Shown piece after piece: positions 11,009-23,649 of a DNA stretch of 64,000 bases. The position numbers and the translations under genes were made by a program. The stretch covers positions 86,676,001-86,740,000 of the forward strand of contig OZ024740.1 of the NCBI GenBank assembly GCA_964016885.1. The letters are read 5' to 3'. Position 1 is the first letter of the stretch, and every line of letters begins with the position of its first letter. Under the pieces are notes generated by a model. That model made no database searches and was not told the DNA's origin. It saw only the letters and a program-made list of their open reading frames with translations. The stretch comes from Eledone cirrhosa (taxonomy: Eukaryota).

Positions 11009-13108
11009 TTACCGTATTTTTGGTAGAGGAGGGATGGTTTTTACATCCCTTTTCACTTGATCGTCTGGTGAAGGGACCGTTGAATCGTCCCTTCGGCTGG
11101 TCGTCGGCTCTTCTAAGAGAATGTCTGAATATACTCTTCGATTAGTGGTTCCTCCTAGGTCCCTGAAATCACCAACTGCGTTGGGGAATTTCGTTTTAAT
11201 GTTTGTGTATTGTTTCTGTGCTATTTTTAGCAGTCTTATGTTAGTTGGCGTTTTGATTGGTGCTGGTATTATGTAGTCCTGTTGTGAAATGTCTGTGTGT
11301 TCAATTATGTAAGTCATTAGTTTCTTGTTGTGTGTGTTTATTGCCGTGCATTTGTTTTTCTGGGGGTGGGGTGTGGTTCTGCTATTTTCTTGTCGTTGTT
11401 GCTGGGTGTGTGTGTTTTGTTGTTGTGTTTGCGATGTTGGTGCTTGTGGTGGTGGTGTTGAAGGTGTTGTTGGCGGTGGGGTTGTCGCCGGTGGTGATGG
11501 TGGTGCTGGTGTGGGTGGTGATGGTGTTGGTGGTGTTGCTGCTGTGGGTCTCTTTGCAGTAGACTTTACCCTTTTCTCATTTCTTTCCTCCCTTTTCAAA
11601 GGCGACGATGCGCTGCTTCTGCGTTTGTGCCTTCTTGAGACCTTTTGCCATCCCTCTCCCACCTCACACTCCATGTCTGATTCTGTAAGGTCGGGGAGGG
11701 GTACCAGCTCCACTCTTTCACTTGTTGTTGTTGGTGATGTTTGCACTGGAGTCTCTGTTGCAGCTGCATTTGGTATTGCTGTTGTTGTTGTTAATATTTC
11801 CACTGCTGCTGCTGTCTTTGATTTCCGTGGAGTGGGTATGGGTGCCACGGACCTATCGTTCCTGGTTGCCGCTTGTCCTGTTGCTGGTAGCCGTGGAACC
11901 GGATTCGGGAGGAGGGGGGTTTTCTCCTTTCTCAGGGTCTTCTCGTTGCAGAAGGCCCTGAGGTGAGTCTTCGATCCACAGCGAAAGCATTTCGGGCGTT
12001 TGCCCTCAACACTTATGGGCAGTTGAGTGCCGTTATCGAAGTCTATCACATCCGGGATAGCTTCGATGCACTCCTGGTTGGTTTGTATTAGCATCTCAAT
12101 GGAGGAGCCGACCCAATCTTCTCTTACTTTTTTCTGTACTTGCAGTACAGTTGTTTTGTCCTCGATTCCGACGAGGACAGACGCGGCCAGCCAAGAAGGG
12201 GTCATTCCGGGGGGGACGTGGGTCAGTTTGACCCTCACAATTTTTTGCCCGCAGTAGGAGGGCACCAACACCATTTCCTCGCTCCTTAGGGTCACTACTG
12301 ATTGGGCCTTTGCCTCCTGGGGTGTGGCAAAAAGTACGTCTACGGTGGCGTATTTTTTGCCTCGGGTGATGTGCGTTTTCCTCTGCCACACAGACCCCAA
12401 GGCTTTTTGTATTTGGGCCTCTGTGGCTCTTTCCACCCTACGGGATTTTGTACTTACTGTACGGTACGTGACCGTACAGTGCTCTTGGGTTTCGAAAAAA
12501 TTTTTCGCTGCCTTGCAGATTGCTCGGTGTCCGTTCTTTGTCACCATCTTCTTCGCTTCCTCTAATTCCTCATTTGTTATGAGGATTGTTTCCAGGTTTT
12601 TCGCAATACCTGCAAATGAGATTGGTTTTTCTCTGCTGTTGTTGTTGTCGTCAGAGCTGCTGGTACTTTTGTTGTTGCTGCAGGTACTACGACTACTGCC
12701 TCCGCCGCTGTTGCTGTGGTTGTTGTTGGTGTTGCTGCTGCTAATGGTGTTGTTGTTTATGCTGCTGGTGATGCTGTTGCGGCTGCTACTGTTGTTTTCA
12801 TTGTCACTGTTGCTGTTGTTATTACGGCTGCTACTGCTATTATTCCTGACGTCAGACGAATGAACTGGGTTTTCGTATTTCCCGCACACCTGTTTCGTCG
12901 CTGTCGTCGTCGTCGTGGAGAAACCTTGCACGCTTTGCACGAGACTTTTCTTTTCTTTCGTCGCTTGCGAAAGAGAAGGTAGGGAGAGAGACACATTTAA
13001 AGAAGGGAGGGAGAGAGACAATCTTCTCTCTCCTGTAGTGATGATTGAGGAAGAAGAAGACGGAATGAGTGGGAGTGACGTATGAAATTTTTTTTTTTTG
13101 GTAGCCAT
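11009..13108 (-). CDS. Tx1-type ORF1 gag-like nucleic-acid-binding protein (about 699 aa from ATG at 13108)
   Basis: The first ATG of the 710-aa track gives MATKKKK. It has a zinc knuckle CFRCGSKTHLRAFC, S/N-rich and P/T-rich low-complexity segments, and lies directly upstream of ORF2. Confidence 0.9.
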   Translation of the reverse strand: MATKKKKFHTSLPLIPSSSSSIITTGERRLSLSLPSLNVSLSLPSLSQATKEKKSLVQSVQGFSTTTTTATKQVCGKYENPVHSSDVRNNSSSSRNNNSNSDNENNSSSRNSITSSINNNTISSSNTNNNHSNSGGGSSRSTCSNNKSTSSSDDNNNSREKPISFAGIAKNLETILITNEELEEAKKMVTKNGHRAICKAAKNFFETQEHCTVTYRTVSTKSRRVERATEAQIQKALGSVWQRKTHITRGKKYATVDVLFATPQEAKAQSVVTLRSEEMVLVPSYCGQKIVRVKLTHVPPGMTPSWLAASVLVGIEDKTTVLQVQKKVREDWVGSSIEMLIQTNQECIEAIPDVIDFDNGTQLPISVEGKRPKCFRCGSKTHLRAFCNEKTLRKEKTPLLPNPVPRLPATGQAATRNDRSVAPIPTPRKSKTAAAVEILTTTTAIPNAAATETPVQTSPTTTSERVELVPLPDLTESDMECEVGEGWQKVSRRHKRRSSASSPLKREERNEKRVKSTAKRPTAATPPTPSPPTPAPPSPPATTPPPTTPSTPPPQAPTSQTQQQNTHTQQQRQENSRTTPHPQKNKCTAINTHNKKLMTYIIEHTDISQQDYIIPAPIKTPTNIRLLKIAQKQYTNIKTKFPNAVGDFRDLGGTTNRRVYSDILLEEPTTSRRDDSTVPSPDDQVKRDVKTIPPLPKIR

Positions 13109-13321
13109 GTTTTTTTGTTTAAAATGAAATTTTGGGTACAAAACCCCAATAACTGGCTATTTAACCCCGAAGGGCCAAATAACGGACAGAAAGACCCCTC
13201 TCACGAGGAGGAGGGTGTCTTTATCAACAATTTGGTTCAAGTTTTAAACAATTTACAATTGTTTTAACGGTTAAAAATTACTATACCTTACAGAGCCGAG
13301 CCTCCGTCAACCATGGCATTC

Positions 13322-13359
<38 letters not shown>

Positions 13360-14313
13360 CAACAATAATGATAATATTTTATTATATATTTTTTATTCGA
13401 AATATAAATGAAATCACTCAATTTATATTGATTGAAAGTTTTTGAAAGTGGTATGAAAATTGCATAAAAAAAGGGGGAGGTAAAGCAGTAAAAGCCCACC
13501 ACACACAGCTACAGACGTATAGCGACACACATATATATATATATACAGAAAAAGAGGGAAATAAACACATACACCCACACACCCACGCCTACACACAAGC
13601 ACACACAAACACACACACACACACATATATGTGTGTATATATATATATATATATAAAGCAAGGCACACGTACACACTGACATATCAACATCTCCATACAA
13701 ACATAGGCACCCACATTGATATACAAATACACATGCCTACATATAATGACACACATAAACGCACATAAAAGTACATATGAATAAAGACACACATACGGAA
13801 ACAAACATACAGAGACACGCACATATATATATATATATAAAGGCACACATATAAACTTGTATATATGCATACATATACACATGATGTTACAAGAGAAGAA
13901 AATTTATAGATTTAAAATATATATATTTACCATACATCCACTACCCTACAAATCATAACCCCGCGCCCACCCCCACACATTAAAAAACTCGAACACCTAC
14001 CCTACAGAAAGAACAAAATAAATCAAAGATAAATTTGACAAAATGTTTAACAAAATCAATTTACAATCAATGTTGGAATGGTAACAAATATAAAAACTGG
14101 AGGAAATGCTGTATCTTTGGTAAAATTCTTTCCAAAATATAACTTAATTTTTCAAATGTATGTTTCCGATTGTACTTTTTTTATTATTTTAGTTTATGTT
14201 TTTTGTTTGTTTTTTCTTGTTTACTTTAGAATGCATATGGAATATATATGAGAGGAGGAGGGGCGTATGGATATGTGTATCTATGTGTCACTGTGTGTGT
14301 GTATGAGAGCACT

Positions 14314-14394
<81 letters not shown>

Positions 14395-14464
14395 CACCAG
14401 CAACAGTAACCATATATAAGTGGTAAAAACAAAGGGGAGAGTACTCAATAGCCACCGTAATAGA

Positions 14465-14541
<77 letters not shown>

Positions 14542-14917
14542 TATATATATATACATATACTATTTATGTCAGTTGGCTTAACTAATGGTCACTCTGGTTA
14601 ACAAAGCTTGATGTAATGAGCTAAAGTACTTTACGTTATGCAAATCATCTATCATACACATGGTATCTTGTGGTTGGTGCAGGGATGGAGTTAAACATTT
14701 AAAAGACAACGTAAGGCCGTATTCCAAATATTATTTTAATGTTACAATATCGCAATACGCAATTCTCTGGCTTGGTTACATCGTCGGATCATCACTTAAG
14801 ATTCGGCGATGTCATCAGGAGTAAATATATATACATGTGTATGTAAAAGGTAAACAGAAATAACAACACAATCGGAAGGGATATATTAGGTTAACGCTTG
14901 ATATAGCAGGAAGAGGG

Positions 14918-14953
14918 TCTTAACGTTTCGGACGCTAGTCGTTCATCAGAAGA
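14918..14953 (-). ncRNA. Minimal hammerhead motif
   Basis: Minus strand: tctt CTGATGA acgac-tagc-gtcc GAAA cg TT aaga, with the palindromic AACGTT typical of PLE dimeric hammerheads. Confidence 0.65.
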
Positions 14954-15205
14954 AAGAATGAGAAATAAGATAGATTGAGAGGACGGGCGGGTTGGCATTG
15001 GAAAAAATTTCTTTAGATAAAAATAACAGGTCCATTCATGTTGACATCTCTTGCAAAACTGTTTGTGCTGGCGTTTTGTGTATGATTAATCTTTTAGAAA
15101 AGTGGATAATGGAGCGCGTCTACCTGAAATGGAAAAAACTGTTTTGTAAAAAGAGCTATACTTGTGCACGTGCCTAAGCATGTGTGTGTGAGTTCTTTCT
15201 CCTTA

Positions 15206-15955
15206 GTTCGTAGATATTACCCAGATAATAATAATTTAAACGGAGCTAAGTTTAAAATGCAACTTTGAAGAAATAACAGATAAATGTTACAGACTTTCCT
15301 CTGTGAAGAACAGTCAGACAAAATTTACCTAGTCTTTCCTCTTAGTCAGTAGAATTTAACTAGACAAATAATCAATTAAACGGAGCTAAGTCTAAAATGC
15401 AAGTTTGAAGAAAAAATATAGATAAATATTACCGAAAGTTCTTCTAATCCCGACTATCGATAGTTTCGCGCGTACTTTGTGAATATGTCTAATCGTAGTA
15501 TTATCCATGAGGCTCCGAGCTTTTCAAGAGACTCTTTCAGTTAGGACTAAAGTTTCCAAGTTGATCACTGTTAGTAACGAATTCAAAAGGGGTGAAAGGG
15601 GTGACAAACATCACGTGGCTAGCGGTTAAAGTAGAAGAGTTGTGAAGGGTAGGCCAGTTGGCAAGTAGGTTCATTACTAGAAGAAGCAGTTAGTTACCGC
15701 CTAAGGTTTACTCAACCGTAAGGCAGTATAGAATAAATTCATAAGAACATATATGTATATATTTAAACATATTCGCAGTGTTGGCTACCTTCAACGGTGT
15801 GGCTCGATGAATGAATGAAGTAAATAATTATTAATCAGAGCTATATAAAATGATAAGTTTGAAGAATAGTCAGACAAAATTTATCCAATTTTTTTCTCCT
15901 TGGTCCGTAGAAATCAACCAGATAAATAATCATTTAAACGGAGCTAAGTTTAAAA

Positions 15956-15960
<5 letters not shown>
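15206..15960 (-). mobile_element. Older hammerhead-bearing non-coding unit with terminal redundancy (period about 556)
   Basis: gaagaa.agtcagacaaaattta...aaacggagctaag..taaaatg at about 15305-15402 recurs at about 15861-15959, with a further partial copy at about 15206-15300. A hammerhead lies inside. Confidence 0.6.
15446..15533 (-). ncRNA. Hammerhead ribozyme, U3:A8 core variant
   Basis: Minus strand: agtctc TTGAAAA gc...gcgc GAAA ctatcgatag TC gggatt. Confidence 0.7.
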
Positions 15961-16026
<66 letters not shown>

Positions 16027-17989
16027 AAGAGAGAGTCAGAGAGAGAGACAGACAGTCGGAAAAACACAATTAGGGACATTTTTATAAGTTGAAAAGAGGA
16101 AAATACCTCATCACGTACAGGGAAACGACTTTGCTCGATATGTATTAATGTAATTGGCAAACCAAATATAAACGCATAGATGCCCACGAGATGTAGTGGG
16201 ATAAATGTAGACTTCATTTGTAGCGGCGGCAGGGAAGTTGGTAACAGTAAGAGCATACAGAAAATAATTCCTAGAAGTAACTGATAGGTTTTGTTACTAA
16301 GTCATTTACAACACAGTGAACATGAACATAGCAAAAGCATACTAGGAACAGTAAGAACGAGATGGAAATAGCAAAATGTAGATTGAATGGTAATTATGTA
16401 CGAAATACTTTCATGTGTGATAGAGAGTCATGAGTCTTGGACACGCTGAAATTTAAAGGTTGTAATTATGTACTCTTAGAGGCGGTAGTGAGTTTTTAAT
16501 CTTTTTTTTTCAGATATGTTGTGATTGTGGTTTTGTGCTGAAGGTGACAAGTTTATGGAGTGAATAGGGCAAGCCAGGATAAAAAATAAGTCTTAACCAT
16601 CCACTGCATTTGAAGGATTTAGCAGTTGTAATATCTGACACTGTAACTAGATTCGTTTGTCTGTTACGACAGGGTACAGTGGTTCATTCATCATCAGAGA
16701 TTTGTATTCTTCTCCCATTATTTGTTTTAAAGTTTGGCGCTCTTTTCTTTTCTCTTAAATTCTGGCTGTAATAGAAAGATAGTGATGGAGTAGGGGAAAA
16801 TATAAGCAGGCAGAAGTATAAGTGCAGGTCCATACTGGCAGCTATATCTCCAACCATACACATAGGTTGTTTGTGACCTGTGATAAGTGTTTCTTCTTCT
16901 CTGTACCAAGAACAGCAAAGAAACTCAATAGTATACCGGTGAGTAAAACATTTGTAAGACAGGACTGGCTACTCTAATTGGAAAAGCCACTAAAAATGGT
17001 GTACAAATCTTTTCTTGTCCTTAAAACTAACTTTAATTCTGAGATTCTTGGTACTTGGAACATTTACATTTTTAGCCGTCTTCTTCAGCTACAACAAACC
17101 ACTGGTATATGTGTGTACCTCATTTTACTTTCTGTTTCTGTGAGGGTATTTGCATTTGTGTGTGCATTGTTCTTGAATTCTAACATATTTTTTATTCAAC
17201 TAGTTTTTCGACATTCACAAAACTTCACCACCTTAAAAGTTATTTAGTATCACGCTGCCTCACCACACACACACACACACAAAGCAGCAACTTAAATTTA
17301 CTTTACATCATTCATTTTACAACACTTGAAACTACTCTAGATCATTTGTTATTGCTACCACCATTAATCATCCTTAGCTTTACTATCGTAGCCACAATTT
17401 AAACGACACCTGAATCATTATGAACCTTACCACCATGATACAACTAATGCTTCTCCCAAACAACAACAAATGCAACACTCATGATCATGATAAAAAATTC
17501 TCTCCGGTGTATGCATCTATTATTGCAGCATAATGCTGTTCTGTGCAATCTTTCCGATTTTCTTTTTTGAACAAAACACTTCTGTTACTGTCTTTTCCTA
17601 TCAAAATCTTCGTCTCTCTTTTCCTAGGAATGTATACTTCAAGTACTCTATTTCCCAGTTCCTCAAGTCTTATCACATAACCAAAATATCCTAGCTTCTA
17701 TTTCTTTACATACTGTAGTAGTCAATCACTTGGAATACTCAGCTTCTCTCTAATGTCATCATTTATACCTCGCCTTTACATAATACTGCACACAGACTCT
17801 TACAAGCATGCGTATTTTCTTCGGTGTGTGACCATCGCAAAGGGAAAATGTTTAATTATGGTGAAAGAATAATTTCACCTTATAGTTCAAACATTCGTGT
17901 GAGTGTAATGAAATCTACAACACAAAATCTTCTAAACACAATGGAATAAGAAATTCCTACAAAAGACTAACACTAAAATATATCATGAA

Positions 17990-18650
17990 ATTAACGCAAA
18001 AGCACAACAAACAGCCACAAAATTATGACATCAAAGACATACATAAATACTTCTCAAAAGAAATAATCTACATCACGTTAAAGGACATAAAACCAATTTC
18101 TAGAACACACCCAAATAGAGACTCGTTAATATCATCGAAAGTGATTTCGTTATAGTTAGTGAAAAGACCTTAGAAAGAAAATGCTGACATACAGCCGTCT
18201 ACGACATATTGCGTTAGACATCACGTGATTGTATTGCGTCGCAAACAAATGGAGATTTATTCTATTCAACATCATTAAATAATTATGTTTTCATAAGACA
18301 CAAAATCTAAACCCATCCGATCCGCCAGTGGAAAGCAGGTAATAGGTCCAGGCCAGATGTAAAATGTCGACTCCATTTCAAGCTGTTCTTTAATTATTTT
18401 AGTAAGTAGTGCTCAATATATATAGTTTAATCCGAATATAATCAACCAACAGTTAAGCACATTGATCTCCGATGAAGTCATTTTCAACAAAAGCAACATA
18501 AAATTAAGCTGCCAGAAAAAGATGTCAACTCATATTAAAATCATCAATGCAAGCAAACAAAAGGGGAAATCAACAACCAAGTTATTAGAGAAATTGAGAA
18601 TTTTGACCCATCACCTAACTGAATGCCTTGAAAATGGCATTATATATTGT
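17990..18650 (+). pseudogene. Highly decayed PLE fragment (same type as 35340-37620)
   Basis: Frameshifted pieces reading ITLKD(H)KPNF.NTPK.RL.N..ESDF, IFNKSNIKLSC and ECLENGIIYCA. Confidence 0.55.
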
Positions 18651-18732
18651 GCTGAGTTCAAATCCCGCCGAGGTTAACGTTGCCTTTCATCCTTACGGGT
18701 TCGATAAAATAAAGTACCAGTAATGGCCTTGT
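18651..18732 (+). mobile_element. Truncated tRNA-derived SINE (family S1)
   Basis: gagttcaaatcccgccgaggttaac..tgcctttcatccttacggg.tcgataaaataaagtaccag, as at 33846 and 56120. Confidence 0.8.
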
Positions 18733-18751
18733 ATTAAAATAACAGATTAAT

Positions 18752-18801
18752 GTTTAAGCAAAGAATCGCTGATTTCACCCTTAACGGGATCTTCTGAAAC
18801 T
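18752..18801 (-). ncRNA. Family B hammerhead-like motif (CAGAAGA core)
   Basis: Minus strand: agttt CAGAAGA tcccgttaagggt GAAA tcagcgattctttgc TT aaac. Confidence 0.55.
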
Positions 18802-18959
18802 AAAAAAATCAATCTGTGAACGCAGAAGTAAATATTTCGAAAAACGTTGCAGACGAAGGAAAACAGGAAGACGATACTTTGGTTCGTGAAGACGCTCCCT
18901 GCAATGAACGGAAAATAGCGATGAGAACAATGAGAACAATGTTTTCATAATATCGTAAT

Positions 18960-19250
18960 ACAGACAGCCAGACATACAGACAGATATTATAAGGGCGCGA
19001 CGTTATAGCTATATATCTATCTAAAAAGACAGACTAAGAAAGAGAGAGAGAGATCGCTAACCGGCGCCTAACACCCCTTTAACAACAGAAAATTGAAAAA
19101 TAAAAAGCTGCTGTTAATATCTTTAGACCGCAAGGAATATATAAATGCAAATTTGAAGTCAATCGGAGTAGAAATGTGGATTTGTATAGACTTTTAAAAA
19201 ATTAGGACACACACACAGACAATTTCAGTTTTATATATATGTATAGATGT
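18960..19250 (+). mobile_element. Possible Helitron/Helentron-associated (HINE/DINE-like) non-autonomous end
   Basis: aaatttgaagtcaatcggagtagaaatgtggatttgtatag...acacacacacagacaatttcagttttatatatat resembles HINE-type 3' regions. Recognition only. Confidence 0.35.
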
Positions 19251-19356
19251 ATAGATATATATGTGTATATATATATATATACACATTTGTATACTTAAAA
19301 AATATATATATATACAGACAGTTGAAAATTGCAAACTTGACTGTCACCACACAATA

Positions 19357-19395
19357 TGAACCTGAAGATTGTGAAAGCATGAAAGTACTTGTTCA
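19357..19395 (+). ncRNA. Type I hammerhead ribozyme (minimal)
   Basis: tgaac CTGAAGA ttgt-gaaa-gcat GAAA gtac TT gttca. Confidence 0.8.
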
Positions 19396-19507
19396 ATTAA
19401 CACTTAACATTTAATATTCTACCATACTATTTCATTCTAATACCATTATAAATTTTAAAGGATTGTAAATAAAACGAGTAAATCAGACAAAGTTGGAATT
19501 CCTTTTA

Positions 19508-19575
<68 letters not shown>

Positions 19576-19804
19576 TAAAAGGAATTCCAACTTTGTCTGA
19601 TTTACTCTATTGGGGGTCACCGCGAAGAGGCCGCTTTCGGTTATTTATCAAATATTTCTTCATAGGAGCCTTTATTCTTATAGCCTGGTCTAATTGATTT
19701 TTTATATGGTTAATTATGCTAATTGGGAGAGGAAATGGTGTATATTTTATCTAATAACTCTAAGGACATGATTTATGATATATATATATATATATATACA
19801 CACA

Positions 19805-20773
19805 CAAGGGGGCTTCAAAACGTTTGTTGGAAAAGGACAATTAGAAAAAAATGGTTTAAGTTATGATGTTTATTTTTCAACATATTCTCTATCTTGGCCA
19901 ACACTTCTGCAAGCGTTGATACCAGCATTTAAGTCTGTCTGTGTAAAACTGGGGCCATGCTATTTAAACCATGTCAAAGCAGCTTTTTTTACATCTTCAA
20001 TTGGTGGAAAATGGGTACCTTTCAATGATTCTTTCTGGTTTGGAAACAAAAAGAAGTCGGATGGGGCTAAATCAGGACTGTAAGGTGGGTGTCAGATGAT
20101 TTCCCATCGAAATTCATGCAACACAGCTCGTGTTGGAAAAGGACGCGCCGATGCAACTACCCCGGGCCTTTTACCATGATTTTCATGGCTAGTTTTCTCA
20201 AAACGCCTTCATAATATGTAGCTGTAATTTTTCTCTTCTTCTCGAGGAAGTCAACCAGCAAAATTCCCTCTGCATCCCAGAATTGCGTATGCAGTACCCA
20301 CGGTGGTGTTGAATGTGTCGGCTAATTATTCAGTGGTTATTCGCCTATCCTTTTCAATTAGGTCGCGAACAACATCGATGTTTTCCACACAGACTGACGT
20401 GGATGACATGTCATTGCAGAAATCATCTTCAACCTAATCTCTTCCATTTCTAAAACAACTTAAGCATTTGTAGGTTTTTGATTACTTTTGAACATTGTCC
20501 CCACAAACTTGCTTTAGAGCGTCAATGATTTGGCTGCCCTTCCACCCTAGCTTCACCATCAATTTGATGTTTTGCCCTGGCCTCAATTTTTATGGAAACC
20601 ATGATGCTCGAGTGGGTACTGACTTCTGACTGGCGGCGCCGCGTTGCAACATACATTTAAAGGTTCATGCATGAGCACGTTATGACACGTTAGTACAGAT
20701 ACATCGAGATCAAAATCCCTGCATATGAATTTTAGCTATATACTTTTTCCACTAACCTTTTGAAGCCCCCTTG
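19805..20773 (-). mobile_element. Internally deleted mariner transposon (irritans subfamily, Hsmar2-like)
   Basis: About 29-bp TIRs caagggggcttcaaaa..., with TA on the right flank. The broken minus-strand transposase reads MVSIKIEAR.NIKLMVKLGWKGSQIIDALKQVCGDN...VRDLIEKDRRIT and HPPYSPDLAPSDFFLFP. Confidence 0.9.
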
Positions 20774-21356
20774 TATGCATATGATTTTTATGTATCTGAA
20801 AGAAATAGTATTGTATGTATTACATGTATGGGGACTTTATATATTCAATCCACGATAAATAAAACTGCTGAATAACATTTAACAATGGTTTTATTTGCAT
20901 TTATTACTGGTAGATAAATCAATGTAGCTGTGACCAGCAATAGCGACCGCTATAAATTGTACACACGATATGAGGCTTCGATTTTGACATTAAAAAATAA
21001 TACACAGAAATAATACACACAGAGGAAAGAAATAAACTGAAATGAATAAATGTCACCGTTATGATGAACACACTGTTTTACATGAGATTTGTATAAAAGT
21101 GTGTGTTTGTGTGAGAAAAGAGGCGTCCTTCTCTGTGTGTATGTGTGTGTGTATAGATGTATATATTATCTGTAAAGTATGAAGAACAAAGATATATATT
21201 TGTAAAAACTATTGGTTATGAATAGACGGGTTATCTGGGAAGCTCTTGGAAGTTCATGTGGTCACTGTTCCGACCCGGGATATCTATATTGATGGGAAAA
21301 AGCTGTTTTAATTGAGAATTTCATAGCTTGTAACCATCACTACACAATATATATAT

Positions 21357-21478
<122 letters not shown>

Positions 21479-21557
21479 ATGTGTGTGTGTGTGTATAGAG
21501 AGGGGGGGGGAGACATATATAGACAAACAGACAGACAGACATACAGATAGATAGATA

Positions 21558-22575
21558 TGTTTCTTTATTAGCCACAGGGGCACAAAAGAAAGGGACAAAT
21601 ACAAAGGGGGAAGTTTACATACAATAAAAACGTGTAAAATATTATCACAAATGTAATTTAAAAGTTAATCGATTTTCCCCAATAGGGTGAGACATTTCAT
21701 ATGGGTAACACATACCCCGAAAAAAATGTGCAACCCTCATCTCCAGGAGTACGAAGAGTTTGTACCCCTTTCCTCTCTTCCTCCTTTTCCTCAACCTACA
21801 GGCTGATATAGAGAGAAGGCCCATTCACTCGGGCCATTCTTGCCACTTTCACCCACCTTTCATAAAACTTTCTGGGGTACAGCACCTCTCTCTCTCCATC
21901 CTGATTCTTCTTCCAAAGTGGTATTTGAAAAAAAGAATCAGTTGTTGGCCGGAGAAAAAGGTATCTGACCTCAGCCCTTTTAACCTCGTCCACCATACAA
22001 CCTCTTTCGACATAGCTATCACACAAAGGAAAACCGCCTCTCCTTCGTATTTGAAGGAGGGTGGCGGTTTGATTATGACAATGGACTCGGTGGTCAACTG
22101 GATCGGTCCCACCCGCAACAATAGTCGTTCTACATAGCCCCACAGGTCGGTAACGCCCGGGCAGTGTACAAATGCGTGCGCGACGGTTTCCTCGTCGCGT
22201 ACGCATCTCGGACAGATCTTTTTAGAAGGGCCCCTGCCCGGGCGCCCGTGTCTGTAGAGCTTGTCTCGAACTGGTAGAGCTCCTCGGTAGCACTGCCAGG
22301 CCAGGGACTTTTGGAAGTTGTCCATCGGTCCCGGGCGGAAGGTTCTACCGAACAGACTGGCCAGTTCGTCTTCCTCTACGCCCAGAGTTTCTCCGAGCGC
22401 GTCGTCGCACTTGTTGCGGACCAACCCTCTATAGAATGACGAAGTGGAGTCTCCACATTCGATGTGCCAGTCGCCCATTTTCCTCGGTCTTTGCTTGACC
22501 CAGGACTGCAGCTCGGTCAGCGAGACGAGTCGTGGGAATGCTCGCCTCGCGAGCGGGCCCCACGCCGGTTGTCTG
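21558..22575 (-). mobile_element. 3' fragment of a sister Tx1 family
   Basis: MDNFQKSLAWQCYRGALPVRDKLYRHG...CPRC...ETVAHAFVHC is homologous to ORF2 at 7554-8350. The 3' end tggctAATAAAgaaa runs into (TATC)n/(TGTC)n. Confidence 0.9.
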
Positions 22576-23069
22576 TAATTGTGACCGTCCGGCACATTAG
22601 TGGCTCGATAAAAATAGACCGATAAAATAAGCCCTGGATCGATATGATCATCTGAATTCCTTCAAGCCAGTGCCCCATCATAGCCGCAGTCATCAGTCGA
22701 TTATATGAGTTTCAAATAAGCAGTTTGTTTTTCAGATAAACATCGATATTATTGGTTGTTCAGAATAACGAAATAGTCAGCGCATGACTATTGTAAAAGA
22801 TTGAAGATATTATACGTTGAAATATGTAAATGAATATGTTTCAGATTATTATATTACGTGTATAATCGATTTAAATACATATAAATATTAAGATTTGAAA
22901 TAACTACTTATTATTTGAAAAAACTGTTTATTTAGAATTCGAGATTGTCTGACGAATCGAAAGAAGAAAATTCGAATATTGATTGTAAATTTTTGTTACA
23001 TCATTTTTCTCTACTTTTGGCATTAAATACTTCTCCAGTTTGAATACACAAACATGCATTCATTTACCA

Positions 23070-23560
23070 GACATGCAGATTGCTTCACCGAACACTTATG
23101 TGACATTCGTCTCAGAAACGATACCCCCACCCCCGTCTCCTGTCATTTTGTATCTCCCGGACAATCCACTAACAAAATCCAGTCCAAGCCGAGAACAACG
23201 ATCTAATTTTCGTTTACACACCTCCTACACACCTAGATGGAACTTCTCACTTCTGTTCCTCCAAATATCTACCACCCACATGCACGCACTTTGTGTGTAT
23301 ACACCGCTGGAACTATTCGGACCTATTTTCGCACCAACAACACTTGTTAAGGCCCCTTTTACTTTAGTTCTTGTGTCACAACAGTCAGTCTTAGCAACCA
23401 TATGCATAGCTATTTTTTCCTATTTTCCTACATTTGTTCTTCCTCACTCTACCATCTGGTGAAAGTCATGATCCGAAACGTTATAACTGACTTTCTCTCA
23501 CATATAAGCGTTAAACTAATATTCTCATGTTTTACCGTATTCGCTTTTGTTTTCGTTTAT
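23070..23560 (+). mobile_element. PLE 3' remnant (GIY-YIG C-terminus, 3' UTR, degenerate hammerhead)
   Basis: CFTEHLCDIRLRNDTP and REQR..FRLHT..P, then ctggtga aagtcatgatcc gaaacgtta at about 23456-23483. Confidence 0.55.
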
Positions 23561-23649
23561 GTACTTTCAGTTTCTTCGCTCACTATGTATATGTATATTT
23601 ATATATATAAAGAGAGAAAGAGAGAGACAGAGACAAATATTATATATAA

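Larger units (their letters stand above)
7291..13321 (-). mobile_element. Full-length, apparently intact Tx1/L1-clade non-LTR retrotransposon in an (AAT)n/(TTA)n microsatellite
   Basis: About 210-bp 5' UTR, two uninterrupted ORFs 35 bp apart, and a 3' UTR with AATAAA (7297-7302, minus) followed by (TTA)n. (AAT)n lies on both flanks (7246-7290 and 13322-13355). Confidence 0.95.

Noticed and set aside
7503-12996. Overlapping and antisense ORFs within the Tx1 element (and their mirrors at 60777-63759)
   Set aside because: These are shadow frames of GC-rich coding sequence, and they recur only because the element is duplicated.
14766-14822. Minus-strand CTGATGA followed by a stem catcg...cgatg
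   Set aside because: The GAAA box is absent (taac), so it is at best a dead motif.
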